Below the pieces are notes generated by a model, which had not been told where the DNA came from, ran no database searches, and saw only the letters and a program-made list of their open reading frames with translations. From assembly GCA_020850995.1 (NCBI GenBank), contig JADZDP010000016.1, positions 420 to 64,419 on the forward strand: a DNA stretch of 64,000 nt. The letters run 5' to 3'. Numbering within the stretch: position 1 is the first letter of the stretch; every line of letters starts with the position of its first letter. Source of the DNA: Deltaproteobacteria bacterium (GTDB lineage: Bacteria; Myxococcota; UBA727; VGSZ01). A program made the translations under genes and the position numbers. Below, piece after piece: positions 8,052-17,526 of this stretch.

Positions 8052-8996
8052 TCAGCAGGGTCCCTTATTGCTCGGGGTGCAGCCTTCACCGTGCGGGGAG
8101 CTGTGGCAGGCGGCGGTGCAGTTGATCTCACCGTAGTTGATGGACCACTCCTTTGGCGGGTCGAGCCGCTGGGTGTGACAAACCCTGCAGTGCGCGGGTC
8201 CCCAGTGGTTCGTGCCGTACCCCGCCGAGATGCCCGTGAGGCCGTTGTGGAAGGTCTCGAAGGGCGGGGGGAACACGCTCGAGAGCGGCGTGGTCGAGTG
8301 GCACTCCCGGCAGCCGTTCGTGTCGTCGTTGGCGTCGTACATTGGCGCGATGGTGCTGGCGCTGTGCGCCGTGTTCGTCAGCACCCCGTAGTTCTGCAGG
8401 TGGCACTCGCTGCACAGCGTCAGCGACGGATCGCCGCCGCCATCGCTATGGCAGCTCTCGCACGAGACGCCGCCGTGGGTGTCGCCGGCGCCTGGATCGA
8501 CGGGAAAATACGGTGCGTGGTCTGCGGCCGAGAGGTTCCAGTTGGCCCCCTCGCCCTCGCCCTCGCCCTCGCCGTCGCCGCCACCGCCGCTCTGGCAGTA
8601 ACGCTGGCCGCAGGAGTGGCAGCCGTAGCAGTAGCTCTCTTCGGCACGGTACGCCGCTCCGCGCGGCAGGTGCTTGGTCCTCAGGGCCTCGGTCCCGGTG
8701 ACGGTGTTATGGCAGGCGACGCAGTTGAATTCCGCGAAGCTCGCCCTGCCACCGTGGCAGGCCTCGCAATCGAGCGTCCCAGCGCCGACGACCGCACGAT
8801 TGAGCGCATGCTTGTCGCCCGGCCCGATGGGGAAGAGCTCCGCGTGCCCAACGGTGGCGAAGTCGTCGGGGAAGCCCGTGGTCATCGGGGGTGCCGGACC
8901 CTCCTCGGGCGTGCAGGCCGCCGCAGCCACGAGGGCCGCGACGGGCGCAGCGACGAACAGGAGAATCGCCACGGGCAGCAGGGAGCGCGTGCGCAT
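8052..8996 (-). CDS. Multiheme c-type cytochrome lipoprotein (7 CxxCH + 1 CX3CH)
   Basis: Lipobox AAAA-C; CEACH, CVACH, CYGCH, CESCH, CSECH, CRECH, CRVCH, CTAACH. Confidence 0.9.
   Translation of the reverse strand: MRTRSLLPVAILLFVAAPVAALVAAAACTPEEGPAPPMTTGFPDDFATVGHAELFPIGPGDKHALNRAVVGAGTLDCEACHGGRASFAEFNCVACHNTVTGTEALRTKHLPRGAAYRAEESYCYGCHSCGQRYCQSGGGGDGEGEGEGEGANWNLSAADHAPYFPVDPGAGDTHGGVSCESCHSDGGGDPSLTLCSECHLQNYGVLTNTAHSASTIAPMYDANDDTNGCRECHSTTPLSSVFPPPFETFHNGLTGISAGYGTNHWGPAHCRVCHTQRLDPPKEWSINYGEINCTAACHSSPHGEGCTPSNKGPC
8548..8577. repeat. In-frame hexamer tandem repeat encoding a Gly-Glu linker
   Basis: 4x CCCTCG plus CCGTCG, encoding GDGEGEGEGEG on the minus strand. Confidence 0.85.
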
Positions 8997-9120
8997 GCCA
9001 TCGTTGTTAGCACGTCCGCGCCGAGGCTGGCACGCCCGCCGCAGGGGCAGGGGTCACGCCCTCAGGCCGCGGATCGGATCGATGCCCGATAGGCGCCCGA
9101 GGTGCGCAAGCGCCCGATCC

Positions 9121-10857
9121 TCACACCGAGATCGAGCCCTTGCGGAACTCCGTGGTGCCGATGTGCACATTGACCACCACCGGGAAGCCTTCGGCGGCCC
9201 AGGCCTTGGCCTGCCGCAGCGCCGGGCCGCACTGCTCCTCGCTGGTGATGGCGATGCCCTTGCCGCCGAGCGCCTCGCACACCTTGTGGTAGTCCGAGCG
9301 CCCCAAGGCGGTGGCGACGTCGTCTTTGAGCAGCTCCACTTGATCGCGCGCGATCTGCGTCCAACAGGCGTCGTTGCCGATGACGGCGATGACCGGCAGG
9401 CGCTGACGCACCAGGGAGTCGAGCTCGGCCATGGACCAGCCGAAGGAGCCGTCGCCAAAGATGAGCCAATGCTCACGCTCGGGCCGCAGCGCCTTCGAGC
9501 CCATGGCGAAGCCGGCGCCCACGCCCAGGGTGCCGAACACGCCCGGATCGAGCCACGAGAGCGGCGCTCGCGGCCGCACGATGTAGGCCGCCGTGCCGAC
9601 GAAGTCGCCGCCGTCGGCGATGAGCACGGCGTCGGGGGCCAGGGCCTCGTCGAGCGCGCGGCAGAAGGCGAGCGGGTTGACGCCGCCCTTGCAGGGCTCC
9701 GCCGCGTCGCTGGCGATCTTCTGGTCGCGCTGGCGGTCGCGCAGGAGCAGCTGCTCACGCCACGCGTGGTAGCGATCGCCTTCGCCGAGCTCAGTGGCCA
9801 GGCCCACCAGGAACGCGCCCGCGTCGCCGGCGGCCGCGATTTGCGGCCAGCGGTTCTTGTGCAGCACGCGCGGATCGCGCCCCGCGGCGATGTACGTGGC
9901 CTTGCGCGCGATGTGCATGCCGTAGTCGAGGCGGAAGTCGGCCGGCGTGCCTGCCAGGATGACGAGGTCGGCCTCGCGCAGCGCCTCTTTGCGCTTGTGG
10001 CGCACCTGCAGCGCATGACTGCGCCCAAGCAGACCGCGCGCCATGCCGCTCAGGTACACGGGCGCGCCGATGCGCTCGAGCGCGCGCGCCACGTCGTGCG
10101 CGCGGGCGGGCTCGGCCATGGTTTGGCTGCCGACCACGATGACGGGCCGCTCGGCTGCGGCGAGCGCGTGCGCGGCGGCCTTGACCTTGTGGTGCGGCGC
10201 CACGCGCACCTCCACCTGCTCGGGCGTGGCGCGCACGCTGGCGGCGTCGGCGGGCAGGCCGGCGAACACGTCCTCGAGGTGGCGCTTGAGGTAGAGCCCG
10301 AGCGCGCGCTCTGGCAGCGTCTTGCCCTGGCCCTTGGCCAGGGTCCACGAGCGCACGATCTCCTCGGGGTAGAGAAGGTCGATGGGCAGCTCGAGGAACA
10401 CCGGCCCGGGCACGCCGCTCTTGGCGCGCGCGAAGGCCTCGACGAGCAGGGGGGCGATCTCGCGCACCTTGGTGGCGCGGGCGCACCACTTGGTGCAGGG
10501 CTGAAAGAGCGCGAGCTGATCGATGTCTTGCAGCGCGCCGCGCCCCTTGAGCAGCGTGGCGGTGGCGCCGCCGAGCACCACGACGGGCGACTCGGCGAGC
10601 TCGGCGTTCTTCACGGCGGTGATGACGTTGGTGCAGCCGGGACCGGCGGTGACGGCGGCGACGCCGGGGACGCCCGTGAGGCGCGCCGTGGCGTCGGCGG
10701 CGAACACCGCGGTGACCTCGTCGCGCACGTCGATGACGCGAATGCCGCGCTGCTTGGCGCCGACCAAGATCGGCGAGATATGGCCGCCGATGAGCGTGAA
10801 CAGTGAGCGCACGCCGTGCGCCAGGAGGACCTCACCAACGATGTCGCCGCCGTGCAT
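9121..10857 (-). CDS. Thiamine-diphosphate enzyme, ILVBL/HACL2-like (acetolactate synthase-like)
   Basis: [32 protein letters not shown], and the ThDP motif GDGSFG...GNDACW. Confidence 0.88.
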   Translation of the reverse strand: MHGGDIVGEVLLAHGVRSLFTLIGGHISPILVGAKQRGIRVIDVRDEVTAVFAADATARLTGVPGVAAVTAGPGCTNVITAVKNAELAESPVVVLGGATATLLKGRGALQDIDQLALFQPCTKWCARATKVREIAPLLVEAFARAKSGVPGPVFLELPIDLLYPEEIVRSWTLAKGQGKTLPERALGLYLKRHLEDVFAGLPADAASVRATPEQVEVRVAPHHKVKAAAHALAAAERPVIVVGSQTMAEPARAHDVARALERIGAPVYLSGMARGLLGRSHALQVRHKRKEALREADLVILAGTPADFRLDYGMHIARKATYIAAGRDPRVLHKNRWPQIAAAGDAGAFLVGLATELGEGDRYHAWREQLLLRDRQRDQKIASDAAEPCKGGVNPLAFCRALDEALAPDAVLIADGGDFVGTAAYIVRPRAPLSWLDPGVFGTLGVGAGFAMGSKALRPEREHWLIFGDGSFGWSMAELDSLVRQRLPVIAVIGNDACWTQIARDQVELLKDDVATALGRSDYHKVCEALGGKGIAITSEEQCGPALRQAKAWAAEGFPVVVNVHIGTTEFRKGSISV

Positions 10858-10910
10858 GTGCTCCCCATGAGACGCTGCGCGCGCCAGGGCAATCGGGTAG
10901 CTTGGCGCCC

Positions 10911-11522
10911 ATGCAGCAGCGCACTCCGCGCTCGCTCGCCGCGTTCTCGCGGCGCGGCTTCCTCATCGGCTCGGCGAGCGCGCTGGCGGCGCTGGGCGCG
11001 GGTGTCGCCCTCGTCATGCGCGGTGACCCCGCCGCCTATCGCGAGCTGGTGCGCTTGCCCGACGGCACGCTGCCCACGCCCGTGCGGCTCTCGATCAAGG
11101 AGCTGGCCGTGCTGAGCGCGCTGTGCGACCGGCTGGTGCCCGCAGGCAACGGCCTGCCGTCGGCCAAGGAGCTCGGCATCGCGCGGCGCGTCGACCGCGA
11201 GCTCGCCTTCCTGCGCGACAAGATGAGCGACGACGTCAGGGGCGCCCTGTTCCTCATCGAGCACGGCGGCGTGGCGCACGGCAGCGCGTCGCGCTTCTGC
11301 GCGCTCGACGACCCGGGCAAGGACGCGCGGCTGGCAGCCATGTGGGGCGGTGGAGCGCTCGAGCGATCGTGTGTCGCTGGCATGCGCATCCTGGCGCTGT
11401 TCTTCACCTACGTCGATGATCGCACCTGGCCGCGCATCGGCTACAGCGGGCCGCTGGTGGGCCACCGGTCGACCCCAGCCGCCGACTCGTCCGTGCTCGC
11501 GCTGACGCGGAGCGCAGGATGA
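10911..11522 (+). CDS. Gluconate 2-dehydrogenase subunit 3-like protein with twin-arginine signal
   Basis: Start at ATG 10911; SRRGFLIG Tat motif; IGYSGP C-terminal motif; ATGA overlap with the GMC gene. Confidence 0.75.
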   Translation: MQQRTPRSLAAFSRRGFLIGSASALAALGAGVALVMRGDPAAYRELVRLPDGTLPTPVRLSIKELAVLSALCDRLVPAGNGLPSAKELGIARRVDRELAFLRDKMSDDVRGALFLIEHGGVAHGSASRFCALDDPGKDARLAAMWGGGALERSCVAGMRILALFFTYVDDRTWPRIGYSGPLVGHRSTPAADSSVLALTRSAG

Positions 11523-13123
11523 GGCCCGAGCTCGTCGAGCGCATCCTCGAGTTCGGCGCCGTGACGGGCAGCCGCAACGAGGAGGTCGACGCGGTGGTGG
11601 TGGGCTCGGGTTGTGGCGGCGCCGTCGTCGCCAAGGAGCTGGCCGGCGCCGGCTGGTCGGTGCTGGTGCTCGAGCGCGGCGGGCTCTATCTCGCCGAGCG
11701 CGGCGACTTCGACCAGCGCGAAGACGACATGATGGCCAAGCTCGGCGCCGGGCGCGGCCTCGACACCACCGTCGATGGCGGCACCGCGGTCTTGGCCGGC
11801 AACAACGTGGGCGGCGCCAGCGTGCACTATTGGGCCGACTCGCACCGCCTGCCGCGCGATCGCTGCGAGCTGTTCGCGCGCGAGCACGGCGTGCAGCACC
11901 GCTCCTACGACGAGCTCGTGCCCTGGTTCGAGCGCATCGAGCGCGATCTCAACATCCACGAGGCGCCCGACGAGCTGAGGAACCGCAACAACTGGCTGTT
12001 CCTCGAGGGCGCGCAGCGCATCGGCCTCGAGGTCGAGCGCGTGCGCCAGGCGCGCAAGAACTGCGTGCGATCTGGCTACTGCATGCAGGGCTGCGCCTAC
12101 GACGCCAAGCAAAGCCAGCTCGTCACCTACGTGCCCGAGGCGCTAGCGCGCGGCGCGCGCTTGTTCGCCGACTGCGAGGTCGAGCGCGTCCTTGTCGAGG
12201 GAGGGCGCGCCGTGGGCGCGCAGGCGCGCTTCCTCGACCGGCGCAGCTGCGAGCCGAGCGGCCATACGCTGACCGTGAAGGCCAAGCGCGCGGTGGTCGT
12301 GGCGGCTGGCGGCTTTTCGACGGCGCCGCTCTTGATGGCCTCGGGCATCGCCGATCGCTCCGGGCAGCTCGGCAAGAACCTGCAGATGAACCCCGGCATG
12401 CGCACGCTCGGCATCTTCGACGAGGACGTGGTGCAGTGGCGCAACATCCCGGCGGCGGTGGGCTGCCTGCAGCACCGCCTGGCGCGCTACGACGAGCAGG
12501 GGCGCTACCTCGAGGGTGGCTTCCTGCTCTACCCCGATCAGCTCCAGCCGGCGTCGCTGGCGGCGTGCCTGCCGGGCTATGGCGAGGGGCACCGCGCGCT
12601 GATGGAGCTGGCGCCCAAGATCGGCGCGGTGACCTCGTGGATCGACGAGCGCTTCGCGGGCACGGTCACCCTGGGCGACGACGGATTGCCGCTGTGGGAC
12701 TTCCCCATCGTGGGCGAGGACGCCGACAAGTTTCGTCACGCCATCACGCTGCACGCGCGCATCCTGCTCGCCGCCGGCGCGCGCGAGGTGATCGTGCCCG
12801 ACCGAACGCTGCGGCGAGTCGACGGCAGGTGGGTGGTGGGCGCGCGCATCAAGGACGATCGCGAGATCGATGCAGTGGTCGCACAGGTGGACCTGTCGCC
12901 GGGCTCGATCTTCTACGCGGCGCCGCACCCGGCGGGCGCGGCGCGCATGGGTGGGTCGCCCGACACGTCGGTGCTCAACAGCGACGGCGAGGTGTGGAGC
13001 ACGCCGGGGCTCTACGTGGCCGACCCGAGCGCGTTCCCCACCGTGGTGTCGGTGGACCCGAGCGAGTCGATCATGGCGTGGAGCTACGTGACCGCCACGC
13101 GCATGCTCGAGAAGCGCGGGTAG
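11519..13123 (+). CDS. GMC family FAD oxidoreductase
   Basis: VVVGSGCGG, GNNVGGASVHY, CMQGC, HPAGAARMG and GLYVADPSAFP motifs. Confidence 0.92.
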   Translation: MRPELVERILEFGAVTGSRNEEVDAVVVGSGCGGAVVAKELAGAGWSVLVLERGGLYLAERGDFDQREDDMMAKLGAGRGLDTTVDGGTAVLAGNNVGGASVHYWADSHRLPRDRCELFAREHGVQHRSYDELVPWFERIERDLNIHEAPDELRNRNNWLFLEGAQRIGLEVERVRQARKNCVRSGYCMQGCAYDAKQSQLVTYVPEALARGARLFADCEVERVLVEGGRAVGAQARFLDRRSCEPSGHTLTVKAKRAVVVAAGGFSTAPLLMASGIADRSGQLGKNLQMNPGMRTLGIFDEDVVQWRNIPAAVGCLQHRLARYDEQGRYLEGGFLLYPDQLQPASLAACLPGYGEGHRALMELAPKIGAVTSWIDERFAGTVTLGDDGLPLWDFPIVGEDADKFRHAITLHARILLAAGAREVIVPDRTLRRVDGRWVVGARIKDDREIDAVVAQVDLSPGSIFYAAPHPAGAARMGGSPDTSVLNSDGEVWSTPGLYVADPSAFPTVVSVDPSESIMAWSYVTATRMLEKRG

Positions 13124-13130
13124 CGCTTCG

Positions 13131-14477
13131 TCAAGGTCCGCGCGGCGCCACGTCGTCGGGGGCGGGCCAGCCCGGGCTCGCGTCGAGCGGCTTGGCGTGC
13201 AGCGTCGGCAGGTGCTGCGGGTCCCACGCGCCCTCGCTCTTGGCCACCAGCGTCACGCAGGTGAGGTCGCCGAGCACGTTCACGGTGGTGCGCGCCATGT
13301 CGAGGATGCGATCGACGCCGAGCACGATGGCGATGCCTTCGCCGGGCACGCCGAACATCGCCAGCACGCCAACCAGCAGCGGGATGGAGCCGCCCGGTAC
13401 GCCGGCGGCGCCCACCGCGGTGATGACCGTCAGCGCCACCACCAGGGCCATCTGCGCCACCGAGAGATCGACGCCGAACACCTGGCACAGGAACAGCACC
13501 GTGACGCCCTCGAACAGCGCGGTGCCATTCATGCACATGGTGGCGCCGAGCGGCAGCACGAAGCCGGCGATCTTGGCGGGCACGCCGAGCTGATCCTCGG
13601 CCACCGCGATGTTGGTCGGCAGGGTGGCGCTCGATGACGACGTGGAGAAGGCAGTCACCAGCGCGGTCTTCACGCGGGCCAGGAACAGCGCGGGCGACAG
13701 GCCCACCAGGCCGCGCACGACCACCAGCACGAGGAGGGTCGCGTGCAGCAGCAAGCCACCGAGCACCAGCGCGGCGAACAGCCCGAGCGGCCGCAAGAGC
13801 GCGAAGCCGAAACGCGAGGTGACGCCGAAGATGAGCATGGCCACGCCAACGGGCGCGAGGCGCATGGCCAGCTCGACGAGCTTGACCATGACGTCGTTGA
13901 TACCGCCGAGCACGTCGACGAGGGCGCGGGCGCGCTCTTTGTCGATGAGCGTGAGCGCGGCGCCGAAGGCCAGCGCGAAGAAGATGACGCCGAGCATGTC
14001 GCCGTCGACGGCGCTCTTGATGGGATTGCGCGTGACGATGGCGACGAAAGTCTCGATGCCCACGCCGCCTGCCTTGGCGGCCGCCACCTTGCCCGAGGCG
14101 TCGGTTGCGTAGGTCGCCATCAGCTCTGCGCGCACCGCCTCGTGGAGGGCGGCGCCGGGCGCCACCACCAGCGCCAGCACCAGGCCGAGCCCGCCGGCCA
14201 CCGTCGTACTGGCGAGGAAATACGCCAGCGTCTTGCCGCCGAGGCGCCCCACCCGGCGCAGGTCGCCGATGCCGGCGACGCCGAGCACGATGGACGCGAA
14301 CACCAGCGGCATCACCACCATGAACATCAGGCGCAAGAACACCTGGCCAACGGGGCCGGCGATCCAGGTGTTGAGGAAGACGACGGCGTCGCTCTTGGGG
14401 CCGAAGCCGACGTTGGCGGCAGCGCCGAGCGCCGCGCCGACGAGCAGGCCGAGCAGGATGCGCGTGGGCAGGGGCAT
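13131..14477 (-). CDS. Dicarboxylate/amino acid:cation symporter (DAACS, GltP-like)
   Basis: AFSTSSSSATLP and GATMCMNGTALF signatures. Start re-assigned to MPLPTRILLG. Confidence 0.93.
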   Translation of the reverse strand: MPLPTRILLGLLVGAALGAAANVGFGPKSDAVVFLNTWIAGPVGQVFLRLMFMVVMPLVFASIVLGVAGIGDLRRVGRLGGKTLAYFLASTTVAGGLGLVLALVVAPGAALHEAVRAELMATYATDASGKVAAAKAGGVGIETFVAIVTRNPIKSAVDGDMLGVIFFALAFGAALTLIDKERARALVDVLGGINDVMVKLVELAMRLAPVGVAMLIFGVTSRFGFALLRPLGLFAALVLGGLLLHATLLVLVVVRGLVGLSPALFLARVKTALVTAFSTSSSSATLPTNIAVAEDQLGVPAKIAGFVLPLGATMCMNGTALFEGVTVLFLCQVFGVDLSVAQMALVVALTVITAVGAAGVPGGSIPLLVGVLAMFGVPGEGIAIVLGVDRILDMARTTVNVLGDLTCVTLVAKSEGAWDPQHLPTLHAKPLDASPGWPAPDDVAPRGP

Positions 14478-14596
14478 GGCGGCGGCAGCGTACACTGCGC
14501 TTGGTGCGGTTGGGGGGCCGACCCTGCGGTGCCGTGCGGCCGTTGCGACGAGGAGCGTCCGGGCCTACTGCGATGGCGCGCCCACGAGGACCATGC

Positions 14597-14950
14597 ATGA
14601 GCAAGACGCTGTTCATCTTGAACGATCCCCCCTACGGCACCGAGCGCAGCTACAACGCGCTCCGCCTCGCTGGCAGCCTCGTGAAGCACGAGGGCCAGGA
14701 GCTGCGCGTGTTCTTGATGGGCGACGCCGCCGCGTGCGCCAAGCGTGGCCAGAAGACACCCGATGGCTACTACAACCTCGAGCGCATGGTGCGCTCGGTG
14801 GCCAGCCGCGGCGCCGGCGTGGGTATCTGCGGCACCTGCATGGACGCGCGCGGCATCACCGAGGACGAGCTGGTTGATGGCTGCAAGCGCAGCACGCTCG
14901 ACGAGCTCACCGCGTGGACGCTGTGGGCCGAGCGCGTGCTGGTGTTCTGA
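14597..14950 (+). CDS. DsrE/DsrF-like (YchN-type) sulfur-relay family protein
   Basis: MSKTLFILNDPPYGTERSYNALRLA...FLMGDA...CGTCMDARG. Confidence 0.9.
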   Translation: MSKTLFILNDPPYGTERSYNALRLAGSLVKHEGQELRVFLMGDAAACAKRGQKTPDGYYNLERMVRSVASRGAGVGICGTCMDARGITEDELVDGCKRSTLDELTAWTLWAERVLVF

Positions 14951-14981
14951 TGGCCGAGACCAACGCTCAACGGGGGACGCG

Positions 14982-15509
14982 ATGACAGAGCAGGTGATCC
15001 AGTCGCTCTTGTTGGCGCTGCACAACATCGCGCTGGTGGGCTGTGCGGCGGCCCCCTTCTACAACCGCGCGCTGGTGGTGCAGCGCGGGCAGTACGGGCC
15101 GAAGCTCAGCTACCAACTCGACAAGGTCGTCGAGGACACGCTGCAAGGCAACGCGCCCTACTGCATCACCTTCATGAGCACGCTGTGGCTGACGGGGATG
15201 GGCATGCCGCTCGTGCACTACGCGTTTCACGGCGCGCTGCGCGAGCTGCACGTGGTCGCCATGGTGGCGCTGGTGGTCAAGCTCACGGCCATCGCCGGCA
15301 TGATGGGCATCATGTTCGTCATCTTCTTTCGCTTGAACCCGCGCCTGCGCGAGCTGTTCACGGGCTTCGCGCCCGACGCGCCACCCAACCCCGACGACGA
15401 GCGTGAGTTCTTCGCCAAGCGCGCGCGCAGGAAGGCGCTGTGCGAGACCTGCCTGAAGCTCGCGCTGGTGGTGTTGGTGGCGAGCGCGTTTCTGGGGTTT
15501 GGGCGGTAG
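14982..15509 (+). CDS. Hypothetical 4-TM membrane protein with a C-terminal CxxC
   Basis: ATG at 14982, 31 nt after dsrE. Four hydrophobic segments, His in TM1, CETC. Confidence 0.7.
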   Translation: MTEQVIQSLLLALHNIALVGCAAAPFYNRALVVQRGQYGPKLSYQLDKVVEDTLQGNAPYCITFMSTLWLTGMGMPLVHYAFHGALRELHVVAMVALVVKLTAIAGMMGIMFVIFFRLNPRLRELFTGFAPDAPPNPDDEREFFAKRARRKALCETCLKLALVVLVASAFLGFGR

Positions 15510-15513
15510 GGGC

Positions 15514-16464
15514 TCACCCACGCGCGAAGCGATCCGTGGTCTCTACCAACGCGTCCACGATGCCCACCTCGCTCGACGCGTGCCCTGCGTCGGGGATCAA
15601 GCGCAGCTCAGCATGGGGCAGGGCGCGCTTCACGTCCCACGCGCTCTTGGCCGGGCACACCACGTCGTAGCGGCCCTGCACCATCACCAGAGGAGTGCCG
15701 CCGAGCTTGGCGCGGGCCTCGTCGAGCAGCCAGCCGTCCTTCTCGAAGAAGCCGCGGTTGACGAAGTAGTGCGCCTCGATGCGCGCGAGCTGTCGCGCGA
15801 ACAGGTCGCTGGCACAGCGCTGCACGAGGCCGTCGTCGGGGATGAGCTTCGAGGTCGCGCCCTCCCACGTGCTCCACGCGCGCGCGCACCGGCCCTCGAT
15901 GGCGGCGTCGCCGCAGGTGAGGCGCCGGTAGTAGGCGCCGAGCAGGTCACCGCGCTCGGTCTCGGGGATGGGCTCGACGAAGCGCTCCCACGCGTCGGGG
16001 AAGATCCACGACGCGCCCTCTTGGTAGAACCAGTGGATCTCCGCCTTGCGCAGGAGGAAGACGCCGCGCAGCGTGAGGCTCATGACGCGCGCCGCGTGCG
16101 TGACGGCGTAAGCGAGCGCGAGCGTGCTGCCCCACGAGCCGCCGAACACGTGCCAGCGCTCGATGCCAAGCCGCTCGCGCAGCGCCTCGGCGTCGGCCAC
16201 CAGGTGCCAGGTGCTGTTGTCGTCGAGGCACGCGTGGGGCGTGCTCTTGCCGGTACCGCGCTGATCGAAGAGCACCACGCGGTAGCGCGCCGGATCGAAG
16301 TAACGGCGGTGCATGGGGTCGAGGCCGCCGCCGGGCCCGCCGTGGAAGAACACCACCGGCGTGCCCTGCGGGTTGCCGGCCTGTTCCACGTAGAGCTCGT
16401 GCACGGGCGAGACGCGCATGCGAAACGCGTCGAAGGGCTCGATTGGCGGATAGAGCGTGCGCAT
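15514..16464 (-). CDS. pip: Prolyl aminopeptidase (proline iminopeptidase)
   Basis: MRTLYPPIEP, HGGPGGG, GGSWGS nucleophile elbow, DAGH. Confidence 0.95.
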   Translation of the reverse strand: MRTLYPPIEPFDAFRMRVSPVHELYVEQAGNPQGTPVVFFHGGPGGGLDPMHRRYFDPARYRVVLFDQRGTGKSTPHACLDDNSTWHLVADAEALRERLGIERWHVFGGSWGSTLALAYAVTHAARVMSLTLRGVFLLRKAEIHWFYQEGASWIFPDAWERFVEPIPETERGDLLGAYYRRLTCGDAAIEGRCARAWSTWEGATSKLIPDDGLVQRCASDLFARQLARIEAHYFVNRGFFEKDGWLLDEARAKLGGTPLVMVQGRYDVVCPAKSAWDVKRALPHAELRLIPDAGHASSEVGIVDALVETTDRFARG

Positions 16465-16579
16465 CTGCGCGGCAGTATGGCGTATCCGCGCAGGGAGGGT
16501 GCAGTCCCGCGCGCGTGTGGAGCATTGGATCAGCAGCGCCCGCTTGACGCTGGGCCGGCCGTCGTTAGCCTCGCGCACC

Positions 16580-17515
16580 ATGGCTGACGCCACCGCGCCC
16601 CTCGCCGCGCCCTCTCTCGCCGCCGACGAGCCCCGCGTGCTCGTGCGCGCGTCGACGGTCGCGGATCTGCTCGCGCTCACCAAGCCGCGCATCACCGCCA
16701 TGACCCTGGTCGTCGGTGGCGGCGCCATGTTGTTGTCGCCAGGTACCATCGCGCTCGAGGCCGCTGTGCTCGTGCTGCTCGGCATGGCGCTGGTGGTGGG
16801 CGGCGCTGGTGCGCTCAACATGTGGCTCGAGCGCGACGTCGACGCGCTCATGGAGCGCACGGCGTCACGGCCCTTGCCCGCTCGGCGCCTGCCCGGCGCG
16901 GTCGCGCTCGCGCTCGGCCTCGCGCTCTCGTTCGCGTCACTGCCGCTGTTGTGGTCGTACGGTAGCCCCCTCACCGCGGGGCTCGCGGCCTGCTCGCTCT
17001 TCGTCTACGTGCTCGTGTACACGCCGATGAAGCGCACGAGCCCGTGGGCGCTGGTGGTGGGGGCGGTGCCCGGCGCTATGCCCGCGCTGCTCGGCTCCAC
17101 GGCGGTCGTGCACGGCTTCGAGCGCGTGGGCCTCGCGGTGTTCGCGGTGGCCTTCCTCTGGCAGCTGCCGCACTTCATCGCCATCTCCATCTACCGCGAG
17201 CGCGACTACGTGCACGCAGGCCACCGCGTGCTGTCGGCGGTGGCGGGCCTCGACGTGGCGCGCTACGCGCTGGTGCTGGCGTCGATCGCGCTCGCGGTCA
17301 TGGGCGTCGCGCTGTGGCCCTTGGGCGTGGGCGGTGCGCTCTACGCGGCGGTGGCCGCGGTGCTTGGCCTGTGGATGGTGGCGCTTGCGCTGCGCGGCGG
17401 CGGCGGTGGGCGCTGGCGCATCGAGGAGTTGGCGCGCCGCGTGTTCGTCGCGAGCCTCGTGTATCAGCCCGCACTCTTCGCCGCGCTGGTCGCCGATCGA
17501 CTCCTGCTCTCGTGA
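16580..17515 (+). CDS. cyoE: Protoheme IX farnesyltransferase (heme O synthase)
   Basis: LTKPRI, NMWLERDVDALMERTASRPLP, YTPMKR, WQLPHF. Confidence 0.95.
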   Translation: MADATAPLAAPSLAADEPRVLVRASTVADLLALTKPRITAMTLVVGGGAMLLSPGTIALEAAVLVLLGMALVVGGAGALNMWLERDVDALMERTASRPLPARRLPGAVALALGLALSFASLPLLWSYGSPLTAGLAACSLFVYVLVYTPMKRTSPWALVVGAVPGAMPALLGSTAVVHGFERVGLAVFAVAFLWQLPHFIAISIYRERDYVHAGHRVLSAVAGLDVARYALVLASIALAVMGVALWPLGVGGALYAAVAAVLGLWMVALALRGGGGGRWRIEELARRVFVASLVYQPALFAALVADRLLLS

Positions 17516-17526
17516 GGGTGCCGCCC

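Noticed and set aside
9026-9045. Sigma54 promoter (TGGCAC at about 9027)
   Set aside because: No TTGC at -12, and it points away from the cytochrome operon.
9044-9058. GGGGCAGGGG..CACG motif, also near 50509
   Set aside because: Two short G-rich matches are expected by chance at this GC content; no flanking repeat structure.
6039-9092. 1017-aa plus-strand ORF, and similar ones at 45290-48808, 38502-40460, 41597-43951, 1782-3641 and 55564-57651
   Set aside because: Antisense or alternate-frame shadows of well-supported genes; Arg/Ala/Gly-rich with no family signal.
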